The notes: generated by a model not told the origin, from the sequence alone. DNA of 64,000 nt from Nitrospirota bacterium (GCA_963754875.1 CAVWHO010000008.1:256001-320000), one strand, 5' to 3'; counted from the stretch's first letter, positions 48,678 to 59,677 are shown. Made by a program: numbers and translations.

Positions 48678-48749
48678 TTATCTTGCACTTTCGCCGGCAG
48701 TATGCCATGTTCCTCAGGGAAATAACTAATCAGGGAGCAGTCTTCACCC

Positions 48750-50819
48750 ATGTTTACGAATTACCGATGTTCCTCTTGCGGCCGTCATCTCCACTGCGAA
48801 AATTCGTTTTTTCGTTGCACTACATGCCAAATCGATTTTCCCATCAGAGGTAAAATCCCCTTGTTCGGCAAAGATGCTGCCCGTTTTCAGGACCCGGCTC
48901 ACGAGATTGAATCGACCCCATCATCCGATACCGATGAAAACATGGCGTCGGACCAGTACGTAAAGATGGTTTTCGACAAATTATCATCTGATGTTGCCAG
49001 AGCCAAATATGCTCTGATGTTTTTTGCAGAAATGCAAGCCGGCTGGAAGTATTTAACGGACCTATCGCATGGGGACAACGCATTGGTAATCGGCTGTGGT
49101 ACAGGTATTACATCGTTAAATCTTCGCAGGTCCTTTCGGAATGTTTTTGTGATGGACACGGCTTTGGATAACCTCATGCTGGTACAAAGAAGATGTAAAC
49201 AAAACTGCATCGACAATGTCAACATCATTGCCGGCGGTGATACAAAGTATTTGCCGTTTCCGACAGATTTTTTCGATCTCATTTCCGTAAATGGTGTGTT
49301 TGAACAGGTTCCTTTAATGGCGCAAGATGCGGGTGTCAACGACGAAAGAGAATTACATAAAGACCTGGCAACATCGGCAGAACCATGGCTCGCGTCGGGT
49401 CCCCTGGATATCCAGGTTAATTTTTTAAATGAAATCAATCGAATGCTTAAAACGAATGGAACCCTTTATTTAGCGACTGATAACAGATTCAATTACGGCA
49501 ATTTCACCACCTCTTCCCACAATCCTACAAATCTGATGCAATCTTCACTCGTGCCGCGACGATTGGCGAGTCTTTTCTCCTTTCTCACTGGGAGAGGGCG
49601 TTCTCCATACTATTCCCGTTCTTATCCTGCTTTAAAAAAAATCCTAAAACGGTGCGGCTTTGAACATTTTAATTTTTATTCTCTGAAGCCTGATCACCGG
49701 TTGTTCCATGAAATACTATTCTTTGATAAAAATAATTCGCGGCAAATCAGCCGGGGGTCTGTAAAGGAAAGGATCAAGAGCAAACTTTACAATAGTAAAT
49801 ACTTATGTCCTTCTTTCGGCATCGTCGCCGGGAAAAAAAATGGAAAGACAGATAATTTTGTCCAAACAATTTTAAGCATAGTAACCGGTGAATTTGGGAA
49901 AAGATATGAGTTAAACAGATATCACACCATGATGAAAGGGAATGTTGTTTTGGACCTTGTCGAGAAGAACGATCCAACGAACGGATTCATCGTGAAAATC
50001 GCCATCGACGATGTTGCAGAGTCCCAGAACAGAAAAAATTACGACATGTTATCAAGTCTCCATAATGACTGCGCGATAACGGGAGGAATCAATCGACTTA
50101 TACCGAGACCGCGCGGAAAGCATGCCATCGCTGGCCAGACTGTCTACCTTGAAGATAAAATGCGCGGCATACAAGCCAGCCGAATGGGAAACGATGAAAC
50201 AATTAAAGACAGGATAATGAATAATGCCCTGGATTTTATCGTGAGCTTACATAAAGCCACGCTAAAACGGACTACGTGGGGCGAGGCTGATTATATGCAA
50301 TCCATTGGGGACGTCATTGAACGAGTAAGACGCATAGGCGAAAACGATCAGCTTGCCTTCGATAAGATCGACACGGTGCTGCGGAGCAGTTTCATCGGTC
50401 CGGGTCTCGCTCTGGCTCATAAGCACGGAGACTACAGCGTCGCTAATATATTGATCGATCCGAACGATTATACCATACAGGGTATAATCGATTGGGATAA
50501 TGCAGAGCAGCAACGCCCTATCCTGATCGACCTGGTCAACTTGATTGAATCGTCATACAATAATTACAACGACCTGGAATTAGGACATACGGTGACTGAC
50601 ATTTTGCTGAAAAATAATTTATCCGATTCAGAGAAGGCGATCGTGCGGAAGTATGGATCCATCTTTGGATGCCCTGAGGACTCGTTGGTACCGTATACCC
50701 TTGTATACTGGCTCTTTCATTTTGATTCTCAGATAAAATACAATTATTTAATCCATAACCCCAAGTGGATGAGAGATAACTATTACAATGTCCTGGCCGA
50801 GATGAAGAAGCTGTTGTAG
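48750..50819 (+). CDS. Zinc ribbon + SAM methyltransferase + APH/choline-kinase-like phosphotransferase fusion
   Basis: CSSC/CTTC; IGCGTG, LPFPTDFFDLI; HGDYSVANIL and IIDWD. Confidence 0.8.
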   Translation: MFTNYRCSSCGRHLHCENSFFRCTTCQIDFPIRGKIPLFGKDAARFQDPAHEIESTPSSDTDENMASDQYVKMVFDKLSSDVARAKYALMFFAEMQAGWKYLTDLSHGDNALVIGCGTGITSLNLRRSFRNVFVMDTALDNLMLVQRRCKQNCIDNVNIIAGGDTKYLPFPTDFFDLISVNGVFEQVPLMAQDAGVNDERELHKDLATSAEPWLASGPLDIQVNFLNEINRMLKTNGTLYLATDNRFNYGNFTTSSHNPTNLMQSSLVPRRLASLFSFLTGRGRSPYYSRSYPALKKILKRCGFEHFNFYSLKPDHRLFHEILFFDKNNSRQISRGSVKERIKSKLYNSKYLCPSFGIVAGKKNGKTDNFVQTILSIVTGEFGKRYELNRYHTMMKGNVVLDLVEKNDPTNGFIVKIAIDDVAESQNRKNYDMLSSLHNDCAITGGINRLIPRPRGKHAIAGQTVYLEDKMRGIQASRMGNDETIKDRIMNNALDFIVSLHKATLKRTTWGEADYMQSIGDVIERVRRIGENDQLAFDKIDTVLRSSFIGPGLALAHKHGDYSVANILIDPNDYTIQGIIDWDNAEQQRPILIDLVNLIESSYNNYNDLELGHTVTDILLKNNLSDSEKAIVRKYGSIFGCPEDSLVPYTLVYWLFHFDSQIKYNYLIHNPKWMRDNYYNVLAEMKKLL

Positions 50820-51118
50820 GCCAGCGTCATGCCAGCATACGGTGCGTACTCCAGTGATCTCGTTTATATGCCTGACTTTTCATTCGCTTTTTGTGATATT
50901 AATCACATCATTTTCCCACGGTATCTATAAAATGGACATTCGAGACATGCTGCGTACACGCATGTCCGCTAAGACGGGATGCAAGCTCTAGGGAACGTGT
51001 AAAAACAGGGGTGAGCAGCGTAGCAAAAAAGGGCTTCGGGCGATAATCATTAAAGTTGGCCTAGTGTCTGTCGGAGAGACTCATATTACCTTATTCGATT
51101 TTGCTGGAGAGTAGAAAA

Positions 51119-51502
51119 GTGTCAAAGCGAATATCTTCATTGACGTTCATCGCAATACTCATTATGATCCTTGCAGGGTGCGGAGGAGGCGGTTCATCTT
51201 CGAATAATGGAACGGGTAGTTCTAACGGAGGCGGCAACGTAGCCGGGAGATTGACATGGGATGCGCCAACATCGAACACCGACGGTTCGCCCGCTACTGA
51301 CGTTGCAGGCTACAAAATATATTATGGGACTGTATCAGGCACATATACCGCATCGATAGATGTGGGAAATTCGACCTCGATCCAGATGGCTACTCTTTCC
51401 GCATCGGTCCCGGTCCCGGGTTTATACTATATCGCAGTGACTGCCTATGATACTGCTGGAAACGAAAGCGTCTATTCCAACGAAATAAGTCAAAATCTCT
51501 AA
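51119..51502 (+). CDS. Small lipoprotein with one FnIII-like domain
   Basis: Lipobox LAGC, Gly/Ser linker, LTWDAP...GYKIYYG...YYIAVTAYD...ES.YSNE. Confidence 0.8.
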   Translation: MSKRISSLTFIAILIMILAGCGGGGSSSNNGTGSSNGGGNVAGRLTWDAPTSNTDGSPATDVAGYKIYYGTVSGTYTASIDVGNSTSIQMATLSASVPVPGLYYIAVTAYDTAGNESVYSNEISQNL

Positions 51503-51573
51503 GGAAGTCAGCAAGAGCAGGAACGTAACCAAAATTATTTCCACCTTGCGCTTTCAAGGGGAGGACGTACGGG

Positions 51574-51605
51574 AGCGAAGCATCGACCAATGCTTCGCTT
51601 TTTTT
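51574..51605 (+). terminator. Intrinsic terminator
   Basis: AGCGAAGCAT-CGACCA-ATGCTTCGCT followed by a T run. Confidence 0.8.
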
Positions 51606-51680
51606 GCGATACCATTTGACTCGTTGATCATTGCTCTTCCCGCCCGAAGCTGTTTCCGCACTACTGCATGACCCCACTGT

Positions 51681-52787
51681 TCAGTTATTTGTCATGGTTA
51701 TTTCGTTTGAAAAAGAGCTTTCGGTCGTCCCGTCGGCATCATAGGCGGTTACACTGATATAGTACGCCCCAGGAGGGACGGCCGCTGAAAAATCCGCGAT
51801 CGCGTATCGCGGAGTACTACCAACATCGATTGAACCGGTATAAACACCGGGACTCGTGCCATAATAGATCCTATAGCCCGCCACGCCGGTCACGGGGGAA
51901 CCATCTATGTCTGAAACCGGTGCATCCCATGCTAACGCCGCCTCGCAGGTTACAGTCACATTGGTCACACTTGCCCCTGAAATCAAGCCGGCGCCGTTCC
52001 CCACGGTGCAGACTTGATTGGGAGGCTGCGTTTTAACCGTTACTTGATATGATGCCCCATCTGCAACCAAAGCAGAAAAATTGAACGAACCAGTTGTTGT
52101 TCCTATGGTGAGGTCATCAGTACCATTGTTTTGAAGGGTTACCGTCCCCGTAAGCCCTGATAGAACGCCGCCCACACTGTAGGCCGTATTGCAGGTAACA
52201 GTCACATTGGTCACATTTGCCCCTGAAATCGTACCCGTACCGTTCCCAACAATACAGATTTGGCCGGGAGGCTGTGTCTTAACTGTTACCTCGTATGCCG
52301 CCCCATCCGCCAGGGAGGAAGAAAATGTGAACGGACCATTTGTTACTATTGAAAGGTCATCAACACCATTGTTTTGCAGGACGACCGTCTGTGAAAAACC
52401 CGTTAGTGAACCGCCTACACTGTAGTTCATGACCGCATTGCAAGTTACCGTCACACTGGTCACATTTGCCCCTGAAATCGTGCCCGTGCCGTTCACGACA
52501 GTGCAGAGTTGGCCGGGAGGCTGTGTCTTAACCGTTACCTCATATGCCGCCCCCTCTGTAAGAGAGGAAGGAAACGTGAACTGACCATTTGTTACTATTG
52601 AAAGGTCATCAACACCATTGTTTTGAAGGGTTACCGTCCCCGTAAGTCCCGATAGACCACCGCCCACACTGTAGCGCGGTGTATTCCCTGCTCCGCTGCC
52701 GTTGCCACTACCGGCGCCACCACCACTTCCGCCAGAGCAAGAGAGCATAAGTGTCAGGACAGCAGAAAGAGCAATCAATGTCCTCAT
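51681..52787 (-). CDS. Lipoprotein with three ~80-aa beta-rich repeats and a C-terminal FnIII-like domain
   Basis: Lipobox MLSC; 3x YSVGG..SG...LQNNG.DDL...VKTQP..Q.C...VTVTC; then LAWDAP...GYRIYYG...SNE. Confidence 0.8.
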   Translation of the reverse strand: MRTLIALSAVLTLMLSCSGGSGGGAGSGNGSGAGNTPRYSVGGGLSGLTGTVTLQNNGVDDLSIVTNGQFTFPSSLTEGAAYEVTVKTQPPGQLCTVVNGTGTISGANVTSVTVTCNAVMNYSVGGSLTGFSQTVVLQNNGVDDLSIVTNGPFTFSSSLADGAAYEVTVKTQPPGQICIVGNGTGTISGANVTNVTVTCNTAYSVGGVLSGLTGTVTLQNNGTDDLTIGTTTGSFNFSALVADGASYQVTVKTQPPNQVCTVGNGAGLISGASVTNVTVTCEAALAWDAPVSDIDGSPVTGVAGYRIYYGTSPGVYTGSIDVGSTPRYAIADFSAAVPPGAYYISVTAYDADGTTESSFSNEITMTNN

Positions 52788-52962
52788 CGCAAAACGTCCT
52801 CCTGCCCGGTTGTTGAAGGACTCATTTTACAGACTGCATCTATGCAACGCTCATTTTCCACAACCGATACCCCCGAACCTTCAGATGTTATACTCTTTTT
52901 TAGCCGCACCTCTGCCGTGCGTAGTGTGTTGTCATTGGTAGCTGAACAATTTCACAAGAGCG

Positions 52963-54108
52963 TCACTGTCTTTGAGGATTCCACATGACGCTTTTGTTGC
53001 CGGACAAAAATTTAGTCCACCCGACCAGTATTGACACGTTGACCATGATGAAATGGTACATAAAACCGAATAGAGCATGCTTCTTTTCATCGCGGTCCCG
53101 CAATAGCCGGATAAGACATAATCCATAGCAAACTATCTGAGCAAATAAAATTGCGTAATAGCCCCGCCCCCGGTCAAGCAAGAGGATGTTCAGGGGTAAC
53201 AACGAAAGTATAAAAAACGGCGCACTCAGCTTTAACAGCTTATGAGAGACGACTTCAAAGCTGAAAAGCGGATATTTGATCACATTCATCAGTTCGGCGT
53301 GCCTGAAAAGCGCCCTTAAGGTTCGATTGGTGATCCGTACCTGCCGCCTGAACTCACCGCTCTCATCAAGGGCCGGGGCTTCCGAACACGTCAGTTGTTC
53401 GAGCAATACGACCCTGCGACCCTGTTTGACAACCTTTAAAGGAAGAACCAGGTCATTGATGTCGTCAGCCTGAAGCGGCTTATAGAGGGATTTCCGCATG
53501 GCGAAGATGGCCCCGTCGGCGCCCACGCAGGAGCCAACCAGACTTTCATGCTTTTTGATGAATCGTTCCAAACGGGCATAGATGCTGGTCGTCACGACCA
53601 TTTTACCTTGCCCCTCGGAGACATAATTGGTACTGCCGGTCACCAACCCGATGCGCCTGTCGCCCGCCAACGAGCCGGCGATTATTTTCAAAGCATTTGG
53701 TTCGTACATCGAATCAGCGTCGGAAAACACGAGGATCTTTCCCCGCGCTTTCCGAACTGCATCGTTCAGCCCGGCGGTTTTCCCTTTCCGGACAGGCTGG
53801 GACAGCAGAATCACTCCACTGCTTTCATAGCGCTTGACTATTTCGTCCGTTCTGTCCGTGGAATTGTCGGACACGACGATTACTTCGACGTTCTCTTTCG
53901 GATAATCGAGTGCCAACGTGTTCTCGATTTTTTTTGCAATAACCTCCTCTTCGTTAAAGGCCGAAATGATCACGGTCATCCGAGGCATACTATCTTTGCT
54001 CAAAACGTCCATGTGGCGGAAGAGAGAAAGTATTTTCAGTAAAACAGGATACACAACATAGGGATAAACCACCATGAAACAGCAACTCAGAAAGGCAATC
54101 TTAATCAT
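52963..54108 (-). CDS. Family 2 glycosyltransferase
   Basis: AFNEE, SDNSTD, FSDAD, ADGAIFAMR, INDL. Confidence 0.92.
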   Translation of the reverse strand: MIKIAFLSCCFMVVYPYVVYPVLLKILSLFRHMDVLSKDSMPRMTVIISAFNEEEVIAKKIENTLALDYPKENVEVIVVSDNSTDRTDEIVKRYESSGVILLSQPVRKGKTAGLNDAVRKARGKILVFSDADSMYEPNALKIIAGSLAGDRRIGLVTGSTNYVSEGQGKMVVTTSIYARLERFIKKHESLVGSCVGADGAIFAMRKSLYKPLQADDINDLVLPLKVVKQGRRVVLLEQLTCSEAPALDESGEFRRQVRITNRTLRALFRHAELMNVIKYPLFSFEVVSHKLLKLSAPFFILSLLPLNILLLDRGRGYYAILFAQIVCYGLCLIRLLRDRDEKKHALFGFMYHFIMVNVSILVGWTKFLSGNKSVMWNPQRQ

Positions 54109-55243
54109 TCGTATCCCCCCCCTTCCGTAAAATCGTATCGTAAACACGCTGATACTCCTGTGCCATCCGCCTGCTTGAATATTTTATTAAGGCGGTTTCA
54201 CGTGCGCGCTTTCCCATTTGCATCGAACCCTGTGGATCGGACCGTACCTGGTTGATAGCATCTGCCAATGCATTCGGATTTCCCGGTTCGACAAGGATCC
54301 CCGTTTTCCCATTTTCCAGGACCGCGGGTATTCCACCCACCCGTGAAGCAATGATCGGAACTTTTGCCTGCATGGCCTCTAAAATCGTGATGGGCAGACC
54401 TTCCGTAAGCGACGGGAGAACAAAGACGCGAAAATACGGGAGGTAGTTATAGGCATAATCCCGGTAACCCGCGAACAGTATCTTGCCGGCGAGGCCGGCG
54501 TCGTTCACCATTGCTTCCAGGGATTGCCTTTGCGGCCCTTCTCCGATGATGACTGCCTTCACCGTGGTATTATGCTGTGAAAGGATGCGGAGCGCGTTAA
54601 TAAGATGGATAAGCCCCTTCTCCTCCGATAGCCGTGCTATCGTCCCGATCACAAAACCATCTTTGCAGAATTCATACACTGCAGGATCGGAACGAAAGAC
54701 TGCTTGCGGATCAAACTGCAACTCGGGAATACCGTTTTCAATGATACAGGAATGAGCGTCTGGAAGACAATTAACGCTTTGCTGTCGCACCTCAGCCCTG
54801 TTCACGCGAACAACCGCTGCCATTCTCCTCATGATCAGACAGTCTAAGACCTCATAGAACCATATTTTGGATAGTTTCTTTGTCGATGTCCTGCCGTGCT
54901 GAGTGCGTACCATGGGAATTCTTCTGATATGTTTGGGCAGCGATCCGATTAAAATATCTCCCTTATATCCGTGGCTATGGATAATGGCGACATGCGCTTC
55001 CTGTGCGAGATGCACCAACTTAATCGCACTATTTAGGCTGTATCCCCTTTTCATTTTGAATTGCAGGGCCGTCAAGTCCCTCTTTTTTGCTTCTTCGGCC
55101 ATCTCGTTGTTCTGATCGGACAAATCACATAAGCTTACAAGCATCGGAGTAAGATTCATCCTCCGCTGTTCCTCCATCAGATTCAGCAGCATGATCTCCG
55201 CGCCGTAGAGTCCGGAGCTGTCAATAATATGCAGTATCTTCAT
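54101..55243 (-). CDS. Family 4 glycosyltransferase
   Basis: GAE, ARLSEEKG, EGLPITILEA. Confidence 0.93.
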   Translation of the reverse strand: MKILHIIDSSGLYGAEIMLLNLMEEQRRMNLTPMLVSLCDLSDQNNEMAEEAKKRDLTALQFKMKRGYSLNSAIKLVHLAQEAHVAIIHSHGYKGDILIGSLPKHIRRIPMVRTQHGRTSTKKLSKIWFYEVLDCLIMRRMAAVVRVNRAEVRQQSVNCLPDAHSCIIENGIPELQFDPQAVFRSDPAVYEFCKDGFVIGTIARLSEEKGLIHLINALRILSQHNTTVKAVIIGEGPQRQSLEAMVNDAGLAGKILFAGYRDYAYNYLPYFRVFVLPSLTEGLPITILEAMQAKVPIIASRVGGIPAVLENGKTGILVEPGNPNALADAINQVRSDPQGSMQMGKRARETALIKYSSRRMAQEYQRVYDTILRKGGDTND

Positions 55244-55264
55244 ATCTGGTGATGTCTATGAACC

Positions 55265-56266
55265 TTACACGGATTGCCGTGCTATAAGCGCCTGAAATGT
55301 CCTGAACCACAGCAATGACGAGGTGTGGCTGATATCTTCATGAAGAGCGACACGTTTCAGCAGGTAAGGGTTCGTTGACGGCGCATTGAACCCGAGCTCG
55401 GTCGTCACTGCGCCCTTGTAGCCCGCCTGTTTGACAAGGGATACCGCTTCAGCGTCCCAATTCCCGTTCGGATAGCTGAAGAAGGGGGTCACGGCAACGT
55501 CGGCGTGGCGCAGGACATCGAGGGATTTGGCCACTTCTTCGCATTTGGCATCATAAGCGAGCTGCGTGAGAATATTGTGATGTAATCCGTGGGAGCCGAA
55601 GGTAATTCCGAACCGGCCCATCTCACGGATTTGCTCCCATTTCATGACAGTGTCCGATGTGGACGGATTGATTCCCAACCGTTCATACCCCTTCAGCACG
55701 ATTGTGTCCAGCTTCTTTGCCGGCAGCTTTTTCAGCTCATTTGCCAAATCGTAGATCTGTTCAAGTCCAATGCCCGTTTGGCGCCAGGAAGGAGCGTGAC
55801 TTCGAAAATAGTCTATAAAAAGTTCACGGTGGTCATGCAAAACGACCTGGGAAGCCAATTCCCAGAGATTCTGGAACCAAAAGGTCTGCTGCAACGACAC
55901 CATGCTGACCGGGATGAAAATCGTGGCGGGCACGCGATACTTTTTGAGAACCGCAAAAGCACAATCATAATTATCATGCCAGCCGTCATCAAACGTAAAC
56001 GCACATAACCTTTTCCCCCTGCCGGCAGCTGTAATGATGTCATCAATCGGTACGATTTCAAATTGTCGTGCTATTTCCCGAATGTGCATCTCCAGCGTGT
56101 TCGCCGTGACAAACAAAGCCGGATCATGGAGTCCGGCCGGCAGCTTTTCCACTACCCGATGATACATAAAAATAAGCCTGAGATCTTTCCTGCGCGGCAG
56201 AACCGTCAACAGATTCTTAAAGGAAAACCCGGCGATGGTCTTTATCAATTCTTTCCCTGAGTTCAT
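55265..56266 (-). CDS. Polysaccharide deacetylase (CE4)
   Basis: MYHRV, TFDDG, GSHGLHH, FSYPNG. Confidence 0.92.
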   Translation of the reverse strand: MNSGKELIKTIAGFSFKNLLTVLPRRKDLRLIFMYHRVVEKLPAGLHDPALFVTANTLEMHIREIARQFEIVPIDDIITAAGRGKRLCAFTFDDGWHDNYDCAFAVLKKYRVPATIFIPVSMVSLQQTFWFQNLWELASQVVLHDHRELFIDYFRSHAPSWRQTGIGLEQIYDLANELKKLPAKKLDTIVLKGYERLGINPSTSDTVMKWEQIREMGRFGITFGSHGLHHNILTQLAYDAKCEEVAKSLDVLRHADVAVTPFFSYPNGNWDAEAVSLVKQAGYKGAVTTELGFNAPSTNPYLLKRVALHEDISHTSSLLWFRTFQALIARQSV

Positions 56267-56300
56267 CTTGTTTTGCCACTATCTTTTCGGAGAGACTCTT

Positions 56301-58289
56301 TTACGGCTGCCGTTCTCCCACTTTTTTCCCCAGTGCCTCCTGCAGGGCGACCATGTGCTGGATAGTATTGTTTATCTGCGTGTACGCTGCTGTTTTGTCA
56401 GGAACAAGGTTGTTCAGCCCGAATTTCAGGTTCTCATTATTATACACCACATTTGCCACCTGGTTTTTCATATAATACTGTCCTTCATACGTGTATCCGT
56501 CGGCCCCCAAATAGGAATTGGCAAAAAAATACGTGACGCGGTCCCGCAACTGGCGTTCCCAGAGTGGAGACCCCTGTTCCATGCTTCTGTCAGCAGTAAT
56601 ACCCATCAGATCCGATACGGTAGGAGCAATATCGATGTGCGATGTCACCCACGGGATTGTGACCGTAGAGTGAAGGACTCGCGGCGCATAAATAAGCAGC
56701 GGGACATGGAAGGAATATTCGTCGATCATGCCGCCCTGGAAGCTCGGGTCTTCCTGTTTCGTGCGCACGCCGTGGTCACCGACTACGACGATGATCGTCC
56801 TATCCAACTGGTCGTGCTTCTGAAGAATGTTTACCAGTTCACCCAACCACTTGTCTTGCAATTTGATAGTTTCATGACCTCGAGCAATCAGGTCGTCGTG
56901 GCTTCCCGTGCTTTGCAGCTTCAGCCACGGAGCATGGCCGATCTGGGGACCGATCGCGACACAAAACTTTTGCTCTTCCTGAAGCCATTTTTCCAAATCT
57001 TTTTCTAAAATACGCAGAGTCGCCCGGTCTTCCGCTATTCTCACCTTTTCAACATTTTCGGTCGACAGGTCCTTGGTGTCTTTGGGCAATTCCTCTGGCA
57101 GCATTCTTTTCTGAAAATACTGGAACCGGAACCCCAGGGATTGGAACAAAGCGGCATCCGTAACATTTGGTGTGTAATAGACCTTCGTAACGTATCCCAT
57201 GTCAGACAAGTCATGGATCATGCCGGGAAAGTGTCTACCCGGCCGGTCCGCAAAATTATCATTCAGACTCGATGGGTAGAGTGAAGTAAAAATGGAAAAC
57301 CATGCCCTGTTTGTATACGGGTAAGTAGTGTAATGCTCCAAGCCGACAAATGCCTGTTTCCGCAGCCGTCGCAGGACCGGCAGATCCTGGAGACCTCCGT
57401 CCAGGTGGAGCACCCGCGCAGGTGCGGTTTCAAATATAAAAAACAATACATTGTATCCTTCAGCCTTGGCCCAATAACGAGGGTTCTTTTCCCAGGCCGG
57501 GGCATGAACAAGCTCCCGGTAACGCCTCAACAACTCCCCGGAATCCAACTGGCTGTACTTCTTGGCTAAAATGCTTTCTGCTCTGATCCCCAGGAGGGAA
57601 TCTGTCGCCACAATGAAAATACTTTTATGATATTGTGTCGAAGGAAGGGATGAGGCTATAGATGGAGCCAAGGTAATTAATACAACCAGTACGAAGTACC
57701 CAACGGCCCCGTAGCGCCATCGCTTCGGATTATGCGGGACGGCGCCCCTTTTGTCGCGCAGGGCCGCCCATAGTGTCATCCCGGAGATAAATACGACGGC
57801 CAACGAAATCTCCGCAATGCCGCTCTTGGAAACATACTGGCCGATGAACTCGGGATGATGCCACCCCCACCAAAGGGAGTCGCGCAAGGTGGACGAGGAA
57901 TAATACTGTCCCGTCTGCAAATAGCACTGCCACGTTGCGAAGAGCATGAAAAAAAGACTTATATTCAGAACGACAGCAATCAATGCGCGATATCCGCCCG
58001 GCAATATCCGGATGATGCACAGATAGCAGATCGGGAAGAGGATGAAACCGAGTAACATATCGCTTTGAAAGAACGTTAATTTTTCCCAAAATCCCAGGGC
58101 ATCATCTCCAAATCTTCCCAGATTGTGAGATACAACCATTGTGGCAGTCAAAATGAGGAGGGAATACTTTATCTTTAACGTCAGAATAAGTACCGGTATC
58201 AGTGCAAACACATAGCGCAAGGATGAAGTCCAATTGTCGTCGCACCGGAATTTCCTGATCAAATCGTTCGGCTGTATCGAATATTTCAC
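56301..58289 (-). CDS. LtaS-like membrane sulfatase/phosphoester transferase
   Basis: About 5 N-terminal transmembrane helices; FIFET, YPYT, GHAPW, GDHG, SHIDIAPT. Confidence 0.8.
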   Translation of the reverse strand: MKYSIQPNDLIRKFRCDDNWTSSLRYVFALIPVLILTLKIKYSLLILTATMVVSHNLGRFGDDALGFWEKLTFFQSDMLLGFILFPICYLCIIRILPGGYRALIAVVLNISLFFMLFATWQCYLQTGQYYSSSTLRDSLWWGWHHPEFIGQYVSKSGIAEISLAVVFISGMTLWAALRDKRGAVPHNPKRWRYGAVGYFVLVVLITLAPSIASSLPSTQYHKSIFIVATDSLLGIRAESILAKKYSQLDSGELLRRYRELVHAPAWEKNPRYWAKAEGYNVLFFIFETAPARVLHLDGGLQDLPVLRRLRKQAFVGLEHYTTYPYTNRAWFSIFTSLYPSSLNDNFADRPGRHFPGMIHDLSDMGYVTKVYYTPNVTDAALFQSLGFRFQYFQKRMLPEELPKDTKDLSTENVEKVRIAEDRATLRILEKDLEKWLQEEQKFCVAIGPQIGHAPWLKLQSTGSHDDLIARGHETIKLQDKWLGELVNILQKHDQLDRTIIVVVGDHGVRTKQEDPSFQGGMIDEYSFHVPLLIYAPRVLHSTVTIPWVTSHIDIAPTVSDLMGITADRSMEQGSPLWERQLRDRVTYFFANSYLGADGYTYEGQYYMKNQVANVVYNNENLKFGLNNLVPDKTAAYTQINNTIQHMVALQEALGKKVGERQP

Positions 58290-59488
58290 AGTTGATCTCC
58301 GGAAAGTTGCTTTCTCCCCAATCTTTGCTTCACGCCGTATCGGGAATGTCCCCTCCTCTTTTCAATCATTGCATTATAATTATCTGCGTACTTCCCGATC
58401 ATGGCATCGAGCGAATATTGTCCCCTGGCAAACTGCAGCGACATTTCTCCGAATTTTTTTCGTCGCGCCGTATCGTCTATGACGGATTGCAGCCGGAGGG
58501 ACAAGATTCCGGCATGATCAGGCGGGACAAGATAGCCGTTTTTTCCGTGCAGGACCAGTTCGCTGTTCCCGCCCACATCGGTAGCAATCACCGGAAGTCC
58601 CGCGGCCATGGCTTCAATGATGCTGCAGGAAAGGCCCTCCGAACGGGAGGAAAGAACGAAACAATCGCTTAGGTTCAAGAGATTGGGGATATCGTTACGC
58701 TGTCCGAGCATCCTGACGTTCTGTTGTAAACCTCTTTCGCTGATTTGCTGTTCTATCTCCTGTTTGCAAGGGCCGTCTCCGACAATGAGCAGCTTTGTGT
58801 GTCTCCCCGGCCGCAGTAGGCCAAACGCCTTAAGAAGGACGTCATGTCCCTTTATTTTTTCGAGCCTGCCGACGCAGATCAGCACGACATCTTGGGGGTC
58901 GAGACCGAGTTCCGGATAATGCTCTCTGCTGCAGGAAAGGTTGAATTTGTCCAGATCCATACCGTTTACTATGGTCTGCAAGGCACTGTCTTTGAATTTC
59001 CCCAGATTGGTGAGATAGGTTTTCATCTGGTGTGAAACGGTAACGAGCCGCGTGCCTAATAATGACGAGAGTTGAATGTACCGGACCCGCCTCTTCTTCG
59101 CTTCGATGGTATAAATATCGTGCAGCGTTCCGATATGAGGTATTCCCGCAAAATACGCCGAGAAGCAGGCTCCGGTCACTGGCCCGAACAGATGAGAATG
59201 TAAAATATCAACGCGCCGCTCTTTCAGGAATCTCGCAAAGACAGGGATAAACAGGGGAAGTGTACCTGCGGATTTGTACCATCTGTGTCCCGGGACAAAT
59301 TGCGAGGGGATTCCATATTCCAGGCATTTTTCCTCCAGCCACGGGTTGCCGAAATGATACACCTCAGGCGAAAAGCCGTGGGTTTCGATCTTTCTGCAGA
59401 TCTCGACGACAAGGGTTTCTGCCCCACCGGAGTCATGACTATCAATGAAATGAGCGACTTTTGGCATTATGGTATTTCTTTTCACCAT
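58286..59488 (-). CDS. Family 4 glycosyltransferase
   Basis: GGAE, GRLEKIKG, EGLSCSIIEA. Confidence 0.93.
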   Translation of the reverse strand: MVKRNTIMPKVAHFIDSHDSGGAETLVVEICRKIETHGFSPEVYHFGNPWLEEKCLEYGIPSQFVPGHRWYKSAGTLPLFIPVFARFLKERRVDILHSHLFGPVTGACFSAYFAGIPHIGTLHDIYTIEAKKRRVRYIQLSSLLGTRLVTVSHQMKTYLTNLGKFKDSALQTIVNGMDLDKFNLSCSREHYPELGLDPQDVVLICVGRLEKIKGHDVLLKAFGLLRPGRHTKLLIVGDGPCKQEIEQQISERGLQQNVRMLGQRNDIPNLLNLSDCFVLSSRSEGLSCSIIEAMAAGLPVIATDVGGNSELVLHGKNGYLVPPDHAGILSLRLQSVIDDTARRKKFGEMSLQFARGQYSLDAMIGKYADNYNAMIEKRRGHSRYGVKQRLGRKQLSGDQL

Positions 59489-59677
59489 TTGACCTGCTCC
59501 CCCCGGATGTTCATTCGTAGGGCCATGGATTCTCTACACCAGTTGTAATTGCGGTTCTGGAAAATCCAGGACACGCTTTTGAATAACGATTAAAATAAGG
59601 GTTTACGCTCCCTCATCGATTTCCCCCTTTGCAGAGGGTCGCCCATAGTCAAGAGTCTCTGGCAGGTGGCCTGCCCG

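Noticed and set aside
50820..51100. c-di-GMP riboswitch or sigma54 promoter ahead of the FnIII lipoprotein
   Set aside because: No GEMM consensus and no convincing -24/-12 box found; only a small hairpin.
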